Source: Candidatus Omnitrophota bacterium (lineage in GTDB: Bacteria; Omnitrophota; Omnitrophia; Omnitrophales; Aquincolibacteriaceae). Taken from it: 64,000 nucleotides of DNA. Within the stretch, counting starts at the first letter, position 1; the number at the start of each line of letters is the position of its first letter. Positions 9,664 through 18,336 of this stretch are shown piece after piece. The position numbers and the translations under genes were made by a program. Where the stretch lies: assembly GCA_023247055.1 (NCBI GenBank), contig JAHFHF010000007.1, positions 2,186-66,185 of the forward strand, written 5' to 3'. The notes beneath the pieces were generated by a model. It worked only from the letters and a program-made list of their open reading frames with translations. It made no database searches and had not been told where the DNA came from.

Positions 9664-9815
9664 TTAGTCGTGAGTCGTTAGTCTTGAGTTGTGAGACAAT
9701 AAAAAATTTAAAACCCACCGAACTGTTAATCGTGAATGATGAGTAAAACCGTAAAAAAATAAGGCCTCACGCTTTCAACGCTTTACTCAAGACCCATCCC
9801 TCAAGACTCACGACT
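9664..9815. repeat. inverted heptamer-array element (TGAGTCG / CGACTCA), no gene inside
   Basis: Left arm TTAGTCG TGAGTCG TTAGTCT TGAGTTG TGAGAC; right arm ACTCAAG ACCCATC CCTCAAG ACTCACG ACT. Confidence 0.8.
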
Positions 9816-9818
9816 GTT

Positions 9819-10691
9819 TTAAGGTATGACTTTATTAAGCGGATATTCCACGATGCCGGATGCGCCGGCTTTTTTCAATGCCGGAATGATTTCACGGACG
9901 ACAGCTTCATCGACGACCGTATCAATGTCATACCAGCCTTTTTGCGAAAGGCCGGAAATCGTAGGGGTTTTAAGCGCCGGGAGAATGGCCAAAACTTTTT
10001 TCAGATCTTTTTCAGCCACGTTCATTTTCAGGCCAACTTTTTCCTGGGCCCGGATAGCCCCTTCCAGCAGAAGGACAAGATTGTCCATTTTCCTTTTCTT
10101 CCATGCATCCTTATAGCTTTGTTTATTTGCGATGAATTTTGGAACCGAGGTGAGCAGAGTGTCCAGGATACGAAGATTATTCGCCCGTAAACTGGAGCCG
10201 GTCTCGGTCGCTTCGACAATGGCATCCGCCAGCTTCGGCGGTTTGACTTCCGTGGCGCCCCAGGAAAATTCGACTTCCGCCGTGACTTTGTGCTGCTTGA
10301 GGTAGCGCTTCGTGACTTCCATCAGTTCCGTAGAGATTTTCTTGCCGTTCAGGTCTTTGACACTCTTAAATGGCGAATCGTTGTGGACCGCCAGAACCCA
10401 GCGCACGGGATTGCTGGAGACTTTCGAGTATTTCAACTCGCAAAGTTCGACGACATCCGAGTCGTTCTCAACAATCCAGTCATGGCCGGTCAGGCCGCAG
10501 TCTACGACGCCATCTTCGATATAACGCGGCATTTCCTGGGGCCGAAAAAGGACGATTTCGAGTTCTTTATCATCAACGGTCGGAAAATAAGAACGCGAAC
10601 TGATGTTAATGTTGAAACCGGCACGCTTGAATAAGTTGCAGGTGGCTTCTTGCAGGCTGCCTTTGGGAAGAGCTATTTTGAGAGTCGCCAT
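9819..10691 (-). CDS. hisG: ATP phosphoribosyltransferase (long form)
   Basis: [26 protein letters not shown]-terminal ACT-like PTIS; start trimmed to MATLK. Confidence 0.95.
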   Translation of the reverse strand: MATLKIALPKGSLQEATCNLFKRAGFNINISSRSYFPTVDDKELEIVLFRPQEMPRYIEDGVVDCGLTGHDWIVENDSDVVELCELKYSKVSSNPVRWVLAVHNDSPFKSVKDLNGKKISTELMEVTKRYLKQHKVTAEVEFSWGATEVKPPKLADAIVEATETGSSLRANNLRILDTLLTSVPKFIANKQSYKDAWKKRKMDNLVLLLEGAIRAQEKVGLKMNVAEKDLKKVLAILPALKTPTISGLSQKGWYDIDTVVDEAVVREIIPALKKAGASGIVEYPLNKVIP

Positions 10692-10852
10692 AGGGTTCGG
10701 GATTCTATCTTTTTGCTTGTGGGGTGTCAATGGCGCCCTTTATACTTGCCTCTAAGGGACAGCATGTTTACCCGCCGCGTTCGCCATGACTGCTTCGGAT
10801 GGATCCGCTGACGCTTCAATGGCGGACTTTGTGGAGGGCCTGTCCCCTACTT

Positions 10853-11584
10853 ATGACTGAAACCGGCCTCGAAAATTTCATGACTTTTCTCAGCGCCGCG
10901 GCAGGCGCCGGGCTGGCCATGCGTTTCCGCTTTACGCACCGCCAGCTTTGCGCCCTGATCAGCTTTGCCTCCGGCTCACTCTTTGGCGCGGCCGCCTTCC
11001 ATATTACACCGCATGCGCTGGAACATTTCAGCCTTTGGGCCACGGCCCTGACGCTTTTTTCCGGCTATGCCCTTTTTTACCTGATCAGCCGCTATGTCTC
11101 ACACATCTGTCCCGCCTGCTCGGCCAGCCACTTTGAAGAACATGAAAAAGAGCAGCACCGCGACACATCGCTCTTGCTCCTGGCTGGGGCCTTAACCTTA
11201 CACAGTATGCTCGACGGCCTGACGGTCGCCTTCGGCCACCACCATGGCGGCGGTTCTCAAATCTCGCTCACCATCCTGATCCATAAATTCCCGGAAGGTT
11301 TTGCGCTCTGCGCCCTTTTGATCAAAGCTGGATTTGCCGCGCCGCGCGCAGCCGCTCTGGCGGTTTTTCTGGAATCCTCCACATTGGCAGGCTGGGCGCT
11401 GGGAACTTTTTTACTGCAGCGCTTTGGCTGGACAAGCACGCTCGATTTGATCCTCATCCACACAGGCGGAGGATTTATCTTTTTGGCCCTGCATGCACTC
11501 CTCAATGAAGCGCGTAAACACTCGCCCGTCCTGCCGCTGATTTCATTTGCGGCGGGCGCTGCACTGATTCTTTTAGTCCACTAA
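10853..11584 (+). CDS. ZIP-family metal transporter
   Basis: LHSMLDG and HKFPEG motifs, His-rich loop, multiple TM segments; start uncertain. Confidence 0.85.
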   Translation: MTETGLENFMTFLSAAAGAGLAMRFRFTHRQLCALISFASGSLFGAAAFHITPHALEHFSLWATALTLFSGYALFYLISRYVSHICPACSASHFEEHEKEQHRDTSLLLLAGALTLHSMLDGLTVAFGHHHGGGSQISLTILIHKFPEGFALCALLIKAGFAAPRAAALAVFLESSTLAGWALGTFLLQRFGWTSTLDLILIHTGGGFIFLALHALLNEARKHSPVLPLISFAAGAALILLVH

Positions 11585-11593
11585 CGCGACACG

Positions 11594-11704
11594 CCCCCCC
11601 CTCTTAATCTCCCCCCGAAAAGCACGGGGGGAGAAATAAAATATTAAGACAACTTTATTGTTTCCTCCCCCGTGCTTTCCGAGGGAGGACTAAGGTGGGG
11701 GGGG
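11594..11704. repeat. CCCCCTCTTAATCTCCCCC..GGGGGAG palindromic element between convergent genes
   Basis: Near-identical to 18102-18300; more distantly related copy at 47231-47315. Confidence 0.8.
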
Positions 11705-11720
11705 ATAAACTAGCCCGACG

Positions 11721-12749
11721 TTATGCACTAATTTTGAGATTCGGATTGGCCGCAAGGTTAAGGCTGGATTTTTTTCCGCTCTGAAAACATTCCCAGCCGC
11801 GGCAGGCAATCATGGCCGCATTGTCCCCTGAGAGCGGCAAGGGCGAAAGCCAAAGTTTGACCCCGGCTGCAGCGGTTTCTTGCGCCATACGCGCGCGCAA
11901 ATGCGAATTGGCGCTGACGCCTCCCCCGACGGCGACATGCCCCGCTTTTTTAAGCTGCACGGCATCCATAGTTTTTTCTACAAGCCAGCTAATGGCGTGA
12001 CGCTGGAAGCTTGCGGCCACATCGCGGCGTAATTGTTCTTCATCTTGTTCGTTCCAGCCTGCGCGGCTTCTGGCTTTTTGCACATGGTAAAGCACGGCGG
12101 TCTTGATGCCGCTGTAGCTGAAACCAAACCGGTTTTTTTGTTTGGGCTTGGTGAAAGCAACGGCGTCTGGATTGCCCTCTTTGGCCAGGCGGTCCAGCAC
12201 CGGCCCCCCGGGGAAACCCAGTCCGAGGATTTTGGCGACCTTGTCATAGGCTTCGCCCACCGCATCATCGACGGTTTCGCCCAGCACCTCGATTTTTTTT
12301 CGCCGGTGATGCGTAATCATCGTATGTCCGCCGGAAACCAGCAGACCGATAAATTCCGCCGCGCGTTTAGCGCCGCTCTCAGGCACCATGAAACAGGCTG
12401 AGAGATGCGCTTCAAGGTGATTGACCCCCATCAAGGGAATCTTCAGGCGATAGCTCAAGGCTTTGCCGAAACAGACGCCGACGAGCAGCGAGCCGATGAG
12501 TCCCGGGCCTGCGGTGACGGCCACTAAATCCAAGTCCGCCGGCTTTACTCCGGCTTGCTTGAGGGCCTGCTCAAAAACAAAATCAACCTGTTCCAGCGAA
12601 TGGCGCGAAGCAATCTCAGGCACGACGCCGCCGAAGGGCTGGTGTTTGAACAAGCTGGAGGAAATGATGTTAGAGCGGATTTTGAAACCATTTTCGACCA
12701 CGGCGGCCGAAGTTTCATCGCAGGAAGTTTCAAGACCGAGAGTGAGCAT
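11721..12749 (-). CDS. tsaD: tRNA N6-threonylcarbamoyltransferase TsaD
   Basis: LGLETSCDETS, HLEAH, VSGGHT, DDAVGEAYDK, DNAAMI. Confidence 0.96.
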   Translation of the reverse strand: MLTLGLETSCDETSAAVVENGFKIRSNIISSSLFKHQPFGGVVPEIASRHSLEQVDFVFEQALKQAGVKPADLDLVAVTAGPGLIGSLLVGVCFGKALSYRLKIPLMGVNHLEAHLSACFMVPESGAKRAAEFIGLLVSGGHTMITHHRRKKIEVLGETVDDAVGEAYDKVAKILGLGFPGGPVLDRLAKEGNPDAVAFTKPKQKNRFGFSYSGIKTAVLYHVQKARSRAGWNEQDEEQLRRDVAASFQRHAISWLVEKTMDAVQLKKAGHVAVGGGVSANSHLRARMAQETAAAGVKLWLSPLPLSGDNAAMIACRGWECFQSGKKSSLNLAANPNLKISA

Positions 12750-12754
12750 GAATA

Positions 12755-12870
12755 AGCACCGAGCACCGGGCACCGGGCACCGAGCTGTAAAAAAACTTAA
12801 ACGTCACAACAATAATTGACTCGATGACGCCGCGTATTTTTTCGGTGCTCGGTGCTTTGTGCTAGGTGCT
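12755..12870. repeat. inverted heptamer-array element (AGCACCG / CGGTGCT)
   Basis: AGCACCG AGCACCG GGCACCG GGCACCG AGC ... CGGTGCT CGGTGCT TTGTGCT AGGTGCT. Confidence 0.8.
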
Positions 12871-14337
12871 AATTTTTAATTTTTTCTCAAGAATTTCATT
12901 AACCATTTTGGGATTTGCCTTGCCCTTGGTTTCTTTCATGACTTGGCCGACTAAGAATCCAAGCGCCTGCTGTTTGCCGGCGCGAAAATCCTCAACCGAT
13001 TTGGGATTGGCGGCAAGGGCTTTGTCCACGGCTTCTTCGATCTGCTTTGTGTCCGTCACTTGCACCAGGCCTTTTTCTTTGACAATCGCCTCGGCGGACT
13101 TGCCAGTTTCAAACATTTCAGGCAGGACGTCTTTAGCGATTTTACCGCTGATGGTGTTGTTTTCGATTAAACGCACTAGGCCGGCAAGATCTGCGGGTTT
13201 GACCGGAGAATTTTCAATGGAGATTTTTTTAGAGTTCAAAAGAGCAAGCAGCTCCGATTGAATCCAATTGCTGGTCAGCTTTGCGCCAGCTTTTTCTTTG
13301 ATCGCGGCCTCAAAGTAATTGGCCAGTTTCCTATCCTGCACAAGCGTATAAGCGTCATAAGGAGACAGCCCGTGATCGCGGATCAAACGCTTGGCGCGGT
13401 CTGCAGGCAGTTCCGGTAGGGTCGCGCGGATTTTCTCCACCGATTCGCGTGAAAGCGTAAACGGCACAAGATCCGGTTCGGGAAAATAGCGGTAATCATG
13501 GGCTTCTTCCTTAGAACGCATCAGAAACGTCTGGCCTTTATCGTCGTTCCAGAGCCGTGTTTCCTGAGAAATTTTTTCGCCGCTTTCGAGGACTTTCGTA
13601 TGGCGTTCCACCTCGTATTGAATGGCTTTTTGCACGGCCTTAAAAGAATTGAGGTTTTTAATTTCCACGCGCGTGCCGAATTTCGCTTCACCCTTGGGAC
13701 GGATAGACACGTTGGCATCGCAGCGCAAGCTGCCCTCTTCCATATTGCAATCGCTGACTTCCAGGTATTCCAGCACGGCTTTCAGCGCTAAAAGATACGC
13801 ATAAGCTTCTTCGGGTGAGCGCAGATCGGGCTCGGAAACAATTTCGAGGAGTGGAATGCCGCCGCGGTTGTAGTCCACCAAACTGCCGTCTTTGACACCC
13901 TCATGTACCAGCTTGCCCGCATCCTCTTCAAGATGCGCGCGCGTAATGCCGATCCGTTTTTCTTCCAGGCTGCCGTCCGCACGTTTGAGGTCAATCAACA
14001 GATGCCCGCCTTTATTGACTGGCATGTCGAATTGGGAAATCTGATACGCCTTGGGCAAATCGGGATAAAAATAATTTTTCCGGTCAAACTTCAAACGCTC
14101 CGCAATTTCAGCATTCAGGGCAAGGCCCGTTTTAACAGCAAACTTCAGGGCCTGTTCGTTGAGCACAGGCAGCGAACCCGGCCACCCCAAACACACGGGG
14201 CATGTGTTGCGGTTGGGCTCGGAACCAAAAGTGGTCGGGCAAGCGCAGAACAATTTGGACTTGGTGTCCAATTGCACGTGCACTTCAAGACCGATAACCG
14301 TCTCGTAATTAGTCGTGAGTCGTGAGTTGTCAGTCAT
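12862..14337 (-). CDS. gatB: Asp-tRNA(Asn)/Glu-tRNA(Gln) amidotransferase subunit B
   Basis: VIGLEVHVQL, RKNYFYPDLPK, LRCDANVS, DYRYFPEPDL. Confidence 0.97.
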   Translation of the reverse strand: MTDNSRLTTNYETVIGLEVHVQLDTKSKLFCACPTTFGSEPNRNTCPVCLGWPGSLPVLNEQALKFAVKTGLALNAEIAERLKFDRKNYFYPDLPKAYQISQFDMPVNKGGHLLIDLKRADGSLEEKRIGITRAHLEEDAGKLVHEGVKDGSLVDYNRGGIPLLEIVSEPDLRSPEEAYAYLLALKAVLEYLEVSDCNMEEGSLRCDANVSIRPKGEAKFGTRVEIKNLNSFKAVQKAIQYEVERHTKVLESGEKISQETRLWNDDKGQTFLMRSKEEAHDYRYFPEPDLVPFTLSRESVEKIRATLPELPADRAKRLIRDHGLSPYDAYTLVQDRKLANYFEAAIKEKAGAKLTSNWIQSELLALLNSKKISIENSPVKPADLAGLVRLIENNTISGKIAKDVLPEMFETGKSAEAIVKEKGLVQVTDTKQIEEAVDKALAANPKSVEDFRAGKQQALGFLVGQVMKETKGKANPKMVNEILEKKLKIST

Positions 14338-14341
14338 GAGT

Positions 14342-14779
14342 TTAATTATCAGTCTTCAGTTGTGAGTCGTGAGTCTCGAGTTTCGAGTTTTGTGATATCA
14401 ATTTTGAATTAGCAGCAATATTTATTTTTTTTAAAAGAGCCTGCGTCATCTTGCAAATTTCTTCATTCTTGAATAGCAGTTCGTTATAGCAAGCAGGCGC
14501 GATATAGCCTAACCGCCGTGCGACGTCCAACTGCGTTTCAATTTCCCCCAATGATCCCAAAGCGATAGATAAAAACTGACGGTACTCTTTAAAATGCTTT
14601 CTGCGGAATCCTTCCGCAATATTGCACGGAACTGAAACTGCAGCACGACGCATTTGAACTATCAGTCCGAATTGTTCATCCCGCGGAAACGCTTTTGTAA
14701 CCTGATAAATCTCCTCAACAAACGCGATCCCTTTTTGCCAGATCACCAAATCTCTAAAACTTTTTATCTTTTCACTCAA
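14342..14779 (-). CDS. four-helix bundle protein (23S rRNA IVS protein / bAvd-like family)
   Basis: FRDLVIWQKG..FPRDEQFGL..QMRRAAVSVPCNIAEG..FLSIALGSLGEIETQL; lower GC; flanked by heptamer arrays. Confidence 0.92.
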   Translation of the reverse strand: MSEKIKSFRDLVIWQKGIAFVEEIYQVTKAFPRDEQFGLIVQMRRAAVSVPCNIAEGFRRKHFKEYRQFLSIALGSLGEIETQLDVARRLGYIAPACYNELLFKNEEICKMTQALLKKINIAANSKLISQNSKLETHDSQLKTDN

Positions 14780-14796
14780 GACTCATCCCTCACGAC

Positions 14797-16224
14797 TCAT
14801 GACAAAATAGGTTTTTGTTTAAATAATTGCAATTCCTGTTCCAACGCATAGCCGGCACGCAGCAGCGTGGTTTCTTCAAAAGGACGGCCCATAAGCTGCA
14901 GGCCGATGGGCAGTTTGCCGCCGGCAAAGCCGCAGGGCACTGACAGCGCGGGCACACCGGCTAAATTGGCCGGAATGGTGAAGATGTCTGAAAGGTACAT
15001 CGCAATGGGATCGGCTGTTTTCTCGCCGATTTTAAAGGCCGGGGTCGGGGTCGTCGGCCCGAGAATAAGGTCGACTTCTTTAAACGCTTTCTGAAAATCA
15101 TCGCGGATCAGGGTGCGCACTTTCTGGCCCTGCCGGTAATAGGCATCGTAGTAACCTGCGGACAACACAAACGTCCCGAGCAAAATGCGACGTTTGGCCT
15201 CGGCGCCAAAGCCTTCGCTGCGGGTATTGAAATAAAGCTCTTTCAAGTCTTTGCCCGGCATTCTGGCACCGTAACGTACGCCATCATAGCGGCCCAGGTT
15301 GGAACTGGCTTCAGCGACGGCCACAATGTAGTAAACCGCCACCGAGTGGGGCGTATGCGGCAGCGAGACGGTGCGGATTTCAGCGCCAAGCTTGCGGTAA
15401 ATTTCAGCCGCATCGCGTACGCTTTTCTCAATTTCAGGATCAAGGCCTTCAATAAAAAATTCTTTAGGCAAACCGATCTTAAGGCCGCGCATATCTTTTT
15501 GCAAAGCGCCTGTGTAATCCGGCACCGTCATTTTGGCTGAGGTGGAATCGCGTGCATCATGCCCGGCGAGAATGTTCATCATCAGCGCCGTATCTTCGAC
15601 GGTTTTTGTAATGGGTCCGATCTGATCAAAACTCGATCCGAAAGCAATCAGGCCGTAACGTGAAACCAGACCGTAAGTTGGCTTCAAACCCACCACGCCG
15701 CAAAAAGCCGCCGGTTGACGAATCGAACCGCCCGTGTCGCTGCCCAATGCGGCAAAAGCCATGTCTGCGGCCACAGCCGCGGCCGAACCGCCGCTGGAAC
15801 CGCCGGGAACCCGTTCCAAATCCCACGGGTTACGCACCGGTCCATGCGCGGAAGTCTCAGAAGAAGACCCAAAAGCAAACTCATCCATATTGGCTTGCGC
15901 AAAAATGACGCCGCCGGCCTGTTTAATTTTTTCAACCGCTGCTGCGTCATACGGCGGAATATGCCCTTTAAGGATTTTAGAAGCACACGTTGTTTCCCAG
16001 CCGTCGATGCAGATATTGTCTTTGATCGCAATAGGAATGCCGGACAGCAGCAGGCCTTGCGCGCCGGATTGACTGACTGCCTTGGCCGCATCAAAGCGCA
16101 CAAACGCATTGATCTTAGGATTGAGCGCCGCCGCACGGTTACGAACAGAGGCCAGGACGCCGGCGCTGTCTTCGCGCGCCGCCTTTTGGGCTTCCTTTAA
16201 AGTCAGGGAGAAATACTCGGACAT
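14797..16224 (-). CDS. gatA: Asp-tRNA(Asn)/Glu-tRNA(Gln) amidotransferase subunit A
   Basis: Amidase signature [21 protein letters not shown]. Confidence 0.97.
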   Translation of the reverse strand: MSEYFSLTLKEAQKAAREDSAGVLASVRNRAAALNPKINAFVRFDAAKAVSQSGAQGLLLSGIPIAIKDNICIDGWETTCASKILKGHIPPYDAAAVEKIKQAGGVIFAQANMDEFAFGSSSETSAHGPVRNPWDLERVPGGSSGGSAAAVAADMAFAALGSDTGGSIRQPAAFCGVVGLKPTYGLVSRYGLIAFGSSFDQIGPITKTVEDTALMMNILAGHDARDSTSAKMTVPDYTGALQKDMRGLKIGLPKEFFIEGLDPEIEKSVRDAAEIYRKLGAEIRTVSLPHTPHSVAVYYIVAVAEASSNLGRYDGVRYGARMPGKDLKELYFNTRSEGFGAEAKRRILLGTFVLSAGYYDAYYRQGQKVRTLIRDDFQKAFKEVDLILGPTTPTPAFKIGEKTADPIAMYLSDIFTIPANLAGVPALSVPCGFAGGKLPIGLQLMGRPFEETTLLRAGYALEQELQLFKQKPILS

Positions 16225-16227
16225 GCG

Positions 16228-16515
16228 TTAGGATTCTTTATCGACGGTCTTGGGGACCTTAAAAAACGAAGCTTCGGATTGAGGGGCTTGTTTAAGGGCT
16301 TTGTCGCGAACGGTACTGACAACGACTTCATCCGGGCGATAGACATTTTCAAGATTGAGTACGTGGCTGGTGGTTTCGACGCCGGTCGTGTCCAAGCCTT
16401 TGAGTTGCTCGACATACGAAAGAATAGCACCCAGGTCTTTTTCCAACTTGGTTTTTTCTTCCGGCTTCAGATGCAGGCGTGCCAATTCAGCGATTTTTTC
16501 AATATGGAACGACAT
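16228..16515 (-). CDS. gatC: amidotransferase subunit C
   Basis: IAELARL..ILSYVEQL..FFKVPK; start trimmed to MSFHIE. Confidence 0.93.
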   Translation of the reverse strand: MSFHIEKIAELARLHLKPEEKTKLEKDLGAILSYVEQLKGLDTTGVETTSHVLNLENVYRPDEVVVSTVRDKALKQAPQSEASFFKVPKTVDKES

Positions 16516-16520
16516 ACGGC

Positions 16521-16979
16521 TTAATGCCCTTCGTGATAAGGCAGGCGCTTGACGATGGTCCAGGCACGGTAGATTTGTTCTGAGGCAACGACAGCAGCAA
16601 GTTCGTGCGGAAGAGTCAGTGGACCGAAGCACCAGCGCAGGTCCGGCGCAAGCGCCAGCATGTCTTTGTCGGTGAACCCATTGGGTCCGCCAATGACAAT
16701 CACAAGCTGTTTGACGCCGCCATCGGCCATCTGGGTCAAACGCCGCGCCAAGTCTTCGGAAGAAAGCATACGGCTGCCGGTGCCGCGGTCACAGGCCCAG
16801 ACGGTCGGGCGTTTTTTGGCCGGCAATTCGCGCGAAAGCGCAGGCGCGATCTCGCAAGGCGCAAATGGATGGATGCGCCCGGTATAGTCTGAAAAAAGTT
16901 CGTAAGCAGGTTTATGCTTAAAACTCTTGGCGCCGGCCTGGCCGTTGCCGACCCAATCAAGGTGAAAGGTAATTTTCAT
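16521..16979 (-). CDS. rlmH: 23S rRNA (pseudouridine1915-N3)-methyltransferase
   Basis: IGGPNG, LTLPHELA, EQIYRA..PYH SPOUT motifs; start trimmed. Confidence 0.9.
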   Translation of the reverse strand: MKITFHLDWVGNGQAGAKSFKHKPAYELFSDYTGRIHPFAPCEIAPALSRELPAKKRPTVWACDRGTGSRMLSSEDLARRLTQMADGGVKQLVIVIGGPNGFTDKDMLALAPDLRWCFGPLTLPHELAAVVASEQIYRAWTIVKRLPYHEGH

Positions 16980-17033
16980 AGGAAACGGTATTATACTCCT
17001 TATTTGGACGAATGTCACAGCCGCAAAGAAAAA

Positions 17034-17076
17034 GGTGCCAGGCCCCTGCTGGCACCTGGTGGTGGTGCCAGGCACC
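17034..17076. repeat. GGTGCC(A/T)GGCACC palindromic repeat
   Basis: 43-bp unit whose reverse complement nearly matches 43759-43801; both copies lie between divergent genes. Confidence 0.8.
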
Positions 17077-17103
17077 CTGTACAATTGTTGTACAATGATC
17101 TCC

Positions 17104-18048
17104 ATGACTACAGGCCTTGTTTATGACCCGCGGTTTCTCGATCATTGGGCCGGTGAAGGACATCCGGAGTGCCCCGAAAGACTATCGGCAGTCCTGAATC
17201 ATCTCGAAAAACTACCCTGGTTTGCGTCCTTGCCTCGCATAGTCCCCCGCATTGCGGAAGAAAACTGGCTGCGCCAAATTCATTCGAAAGAATATCTAAA
17301 ACGCGCGGCCGAAACCTGCCAAAGCGGGGCCCCGCTTTTGGATACGCCGGATGTCGGCATCAATGAAAAATCCTTTTCAACCGCCTTGCTGGCAGCGGGA
17401 AGCGTTCTGGAATTAGCAGACCGCCTGATGACAAAAAAAATTCAAAACGGCTTTGCGCTGCTGCGACCGCCGGGCCATCACGCAGAGCGCGACACGGCCA
17501 TGGGATTCTGCCTGTTAAACAACATGGCCATTCTCGCCCGCTACCTTCAGCAAAAGCACGGCCTTGAAAAAATCGTCATTCTTGATTGGGACGTGCACCA
17601 CGGCAACGGCACCCAGCATGCCTTTGAAAACGATCCCAGCGTTTTTTATATCAGCACGCACCAATTTCCTTTTTATCCCGGGACGGGCCGTTCCACAGAA
17701 ACCGGCACCGGCCGGGGCCAAGGGTTTACGCTCAACTGTCCCCTGCGCGCAGGCTCCGGCGATTTTGAATACGAACAAGCTTTCAACCTGCATATCCTGC
17801 CCGCGATCGAATCTTACAAACCGGACGCGATTTTAATTTCCGCGGGCTTTGATGCGCACCGCGCGGACCCGCTCGGCGGCATGAATCTCAGCACAGAATT
17901 TTTCGGCTGGATGACCGAGCGCATGATGGAAGCAGCCCACAAACACTGTTCCGGCCGGATTCTCGCCCTGTTGGAGGGCGGCTATAATTTACAAGCGCTG
18001 CCGCTGTGTGTGGAAAAGCACCTGCAAGTTTTAAATGGCAAGAGATAA
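17104..18048 (+). CDS. histone deacetylase family protein
   Basis: HPECPERL, RPPGHHA, DWDVHHGNGTQ, SAGFDAH, LEGGY. Confidence 0.95.
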   Translation: MTTGLVYDPRFLDHWAGEGHPECPERLSAVLNHLEKLPWFASLPRIVPRIAEENWLRQIHSKEYLKRAAETCQSGAPLLDTPDVGINEKSFSTALLAAGSVLELADRLMTKKIQNGFALLRPPGHHAERDTAMGFCLLNNMAILARYLQQKHGLEKIVILDWDVHHGNGTQHAFENDPSVFYISTHQFPFYPGTGRSTETGTGRGQGFTLNCPLRAGSGDFEYEQAFNLHILPAIESYKPDAILISAGFDAHRADPLGGMNLSTEFFGWMTERMMEAAHKHCSGRILALLEGGYNLQALPLCVEKHLQVLNGKR

Positions 18049-18101
18049 GCGGTAAGGGAGAGAGAAAATCGCGCTCGATATTAAAGATTAACGTCGTGTG
18101 T

Positions 18102-18300
18102 CCCCCCTCTTAATCTCCCCCCGGAAAGCACGGAGGGAGAAATAAAAAAGATTCTAGAGTGGCCCCCCTATTTTTCGGGAGAAACGGTTTTGGTTCTATT
18201 TCCTCCCCCGTGCTCTCCGGGGGAGGACTAACGCTTACGCAGGCTTCCTTGGCCTGCGAAGCGTTGTGCCTGAATAAAGATTTCAGGCTTAAGGTGGGGG
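18102..18300. repeat. CCCCCTCTTAATCTCCCCC palindromic element downstream of the giant gene
   Basis: Same arms as 11594-11704, with extra internal sequence. Confidence 0.75.
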
Positions 18301-18336
18301 AGAAAACAGCCATAAACCCGCACACGACATTCAAGA

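Noticed and set aside
9123-9667. ORFs 9123-9461, 9221-9556 and 9404-9667
   Set aside because: Translations of REP and tandem-repeat DNA; the credible gene is 9547-9645 (-).
14342-14779. Diversity-generating retroelement (Avd-like gene)
   Set aside because: No reverse transcriptase and no template/variable repeat pair with adenine-specific mismatches seen in the window.
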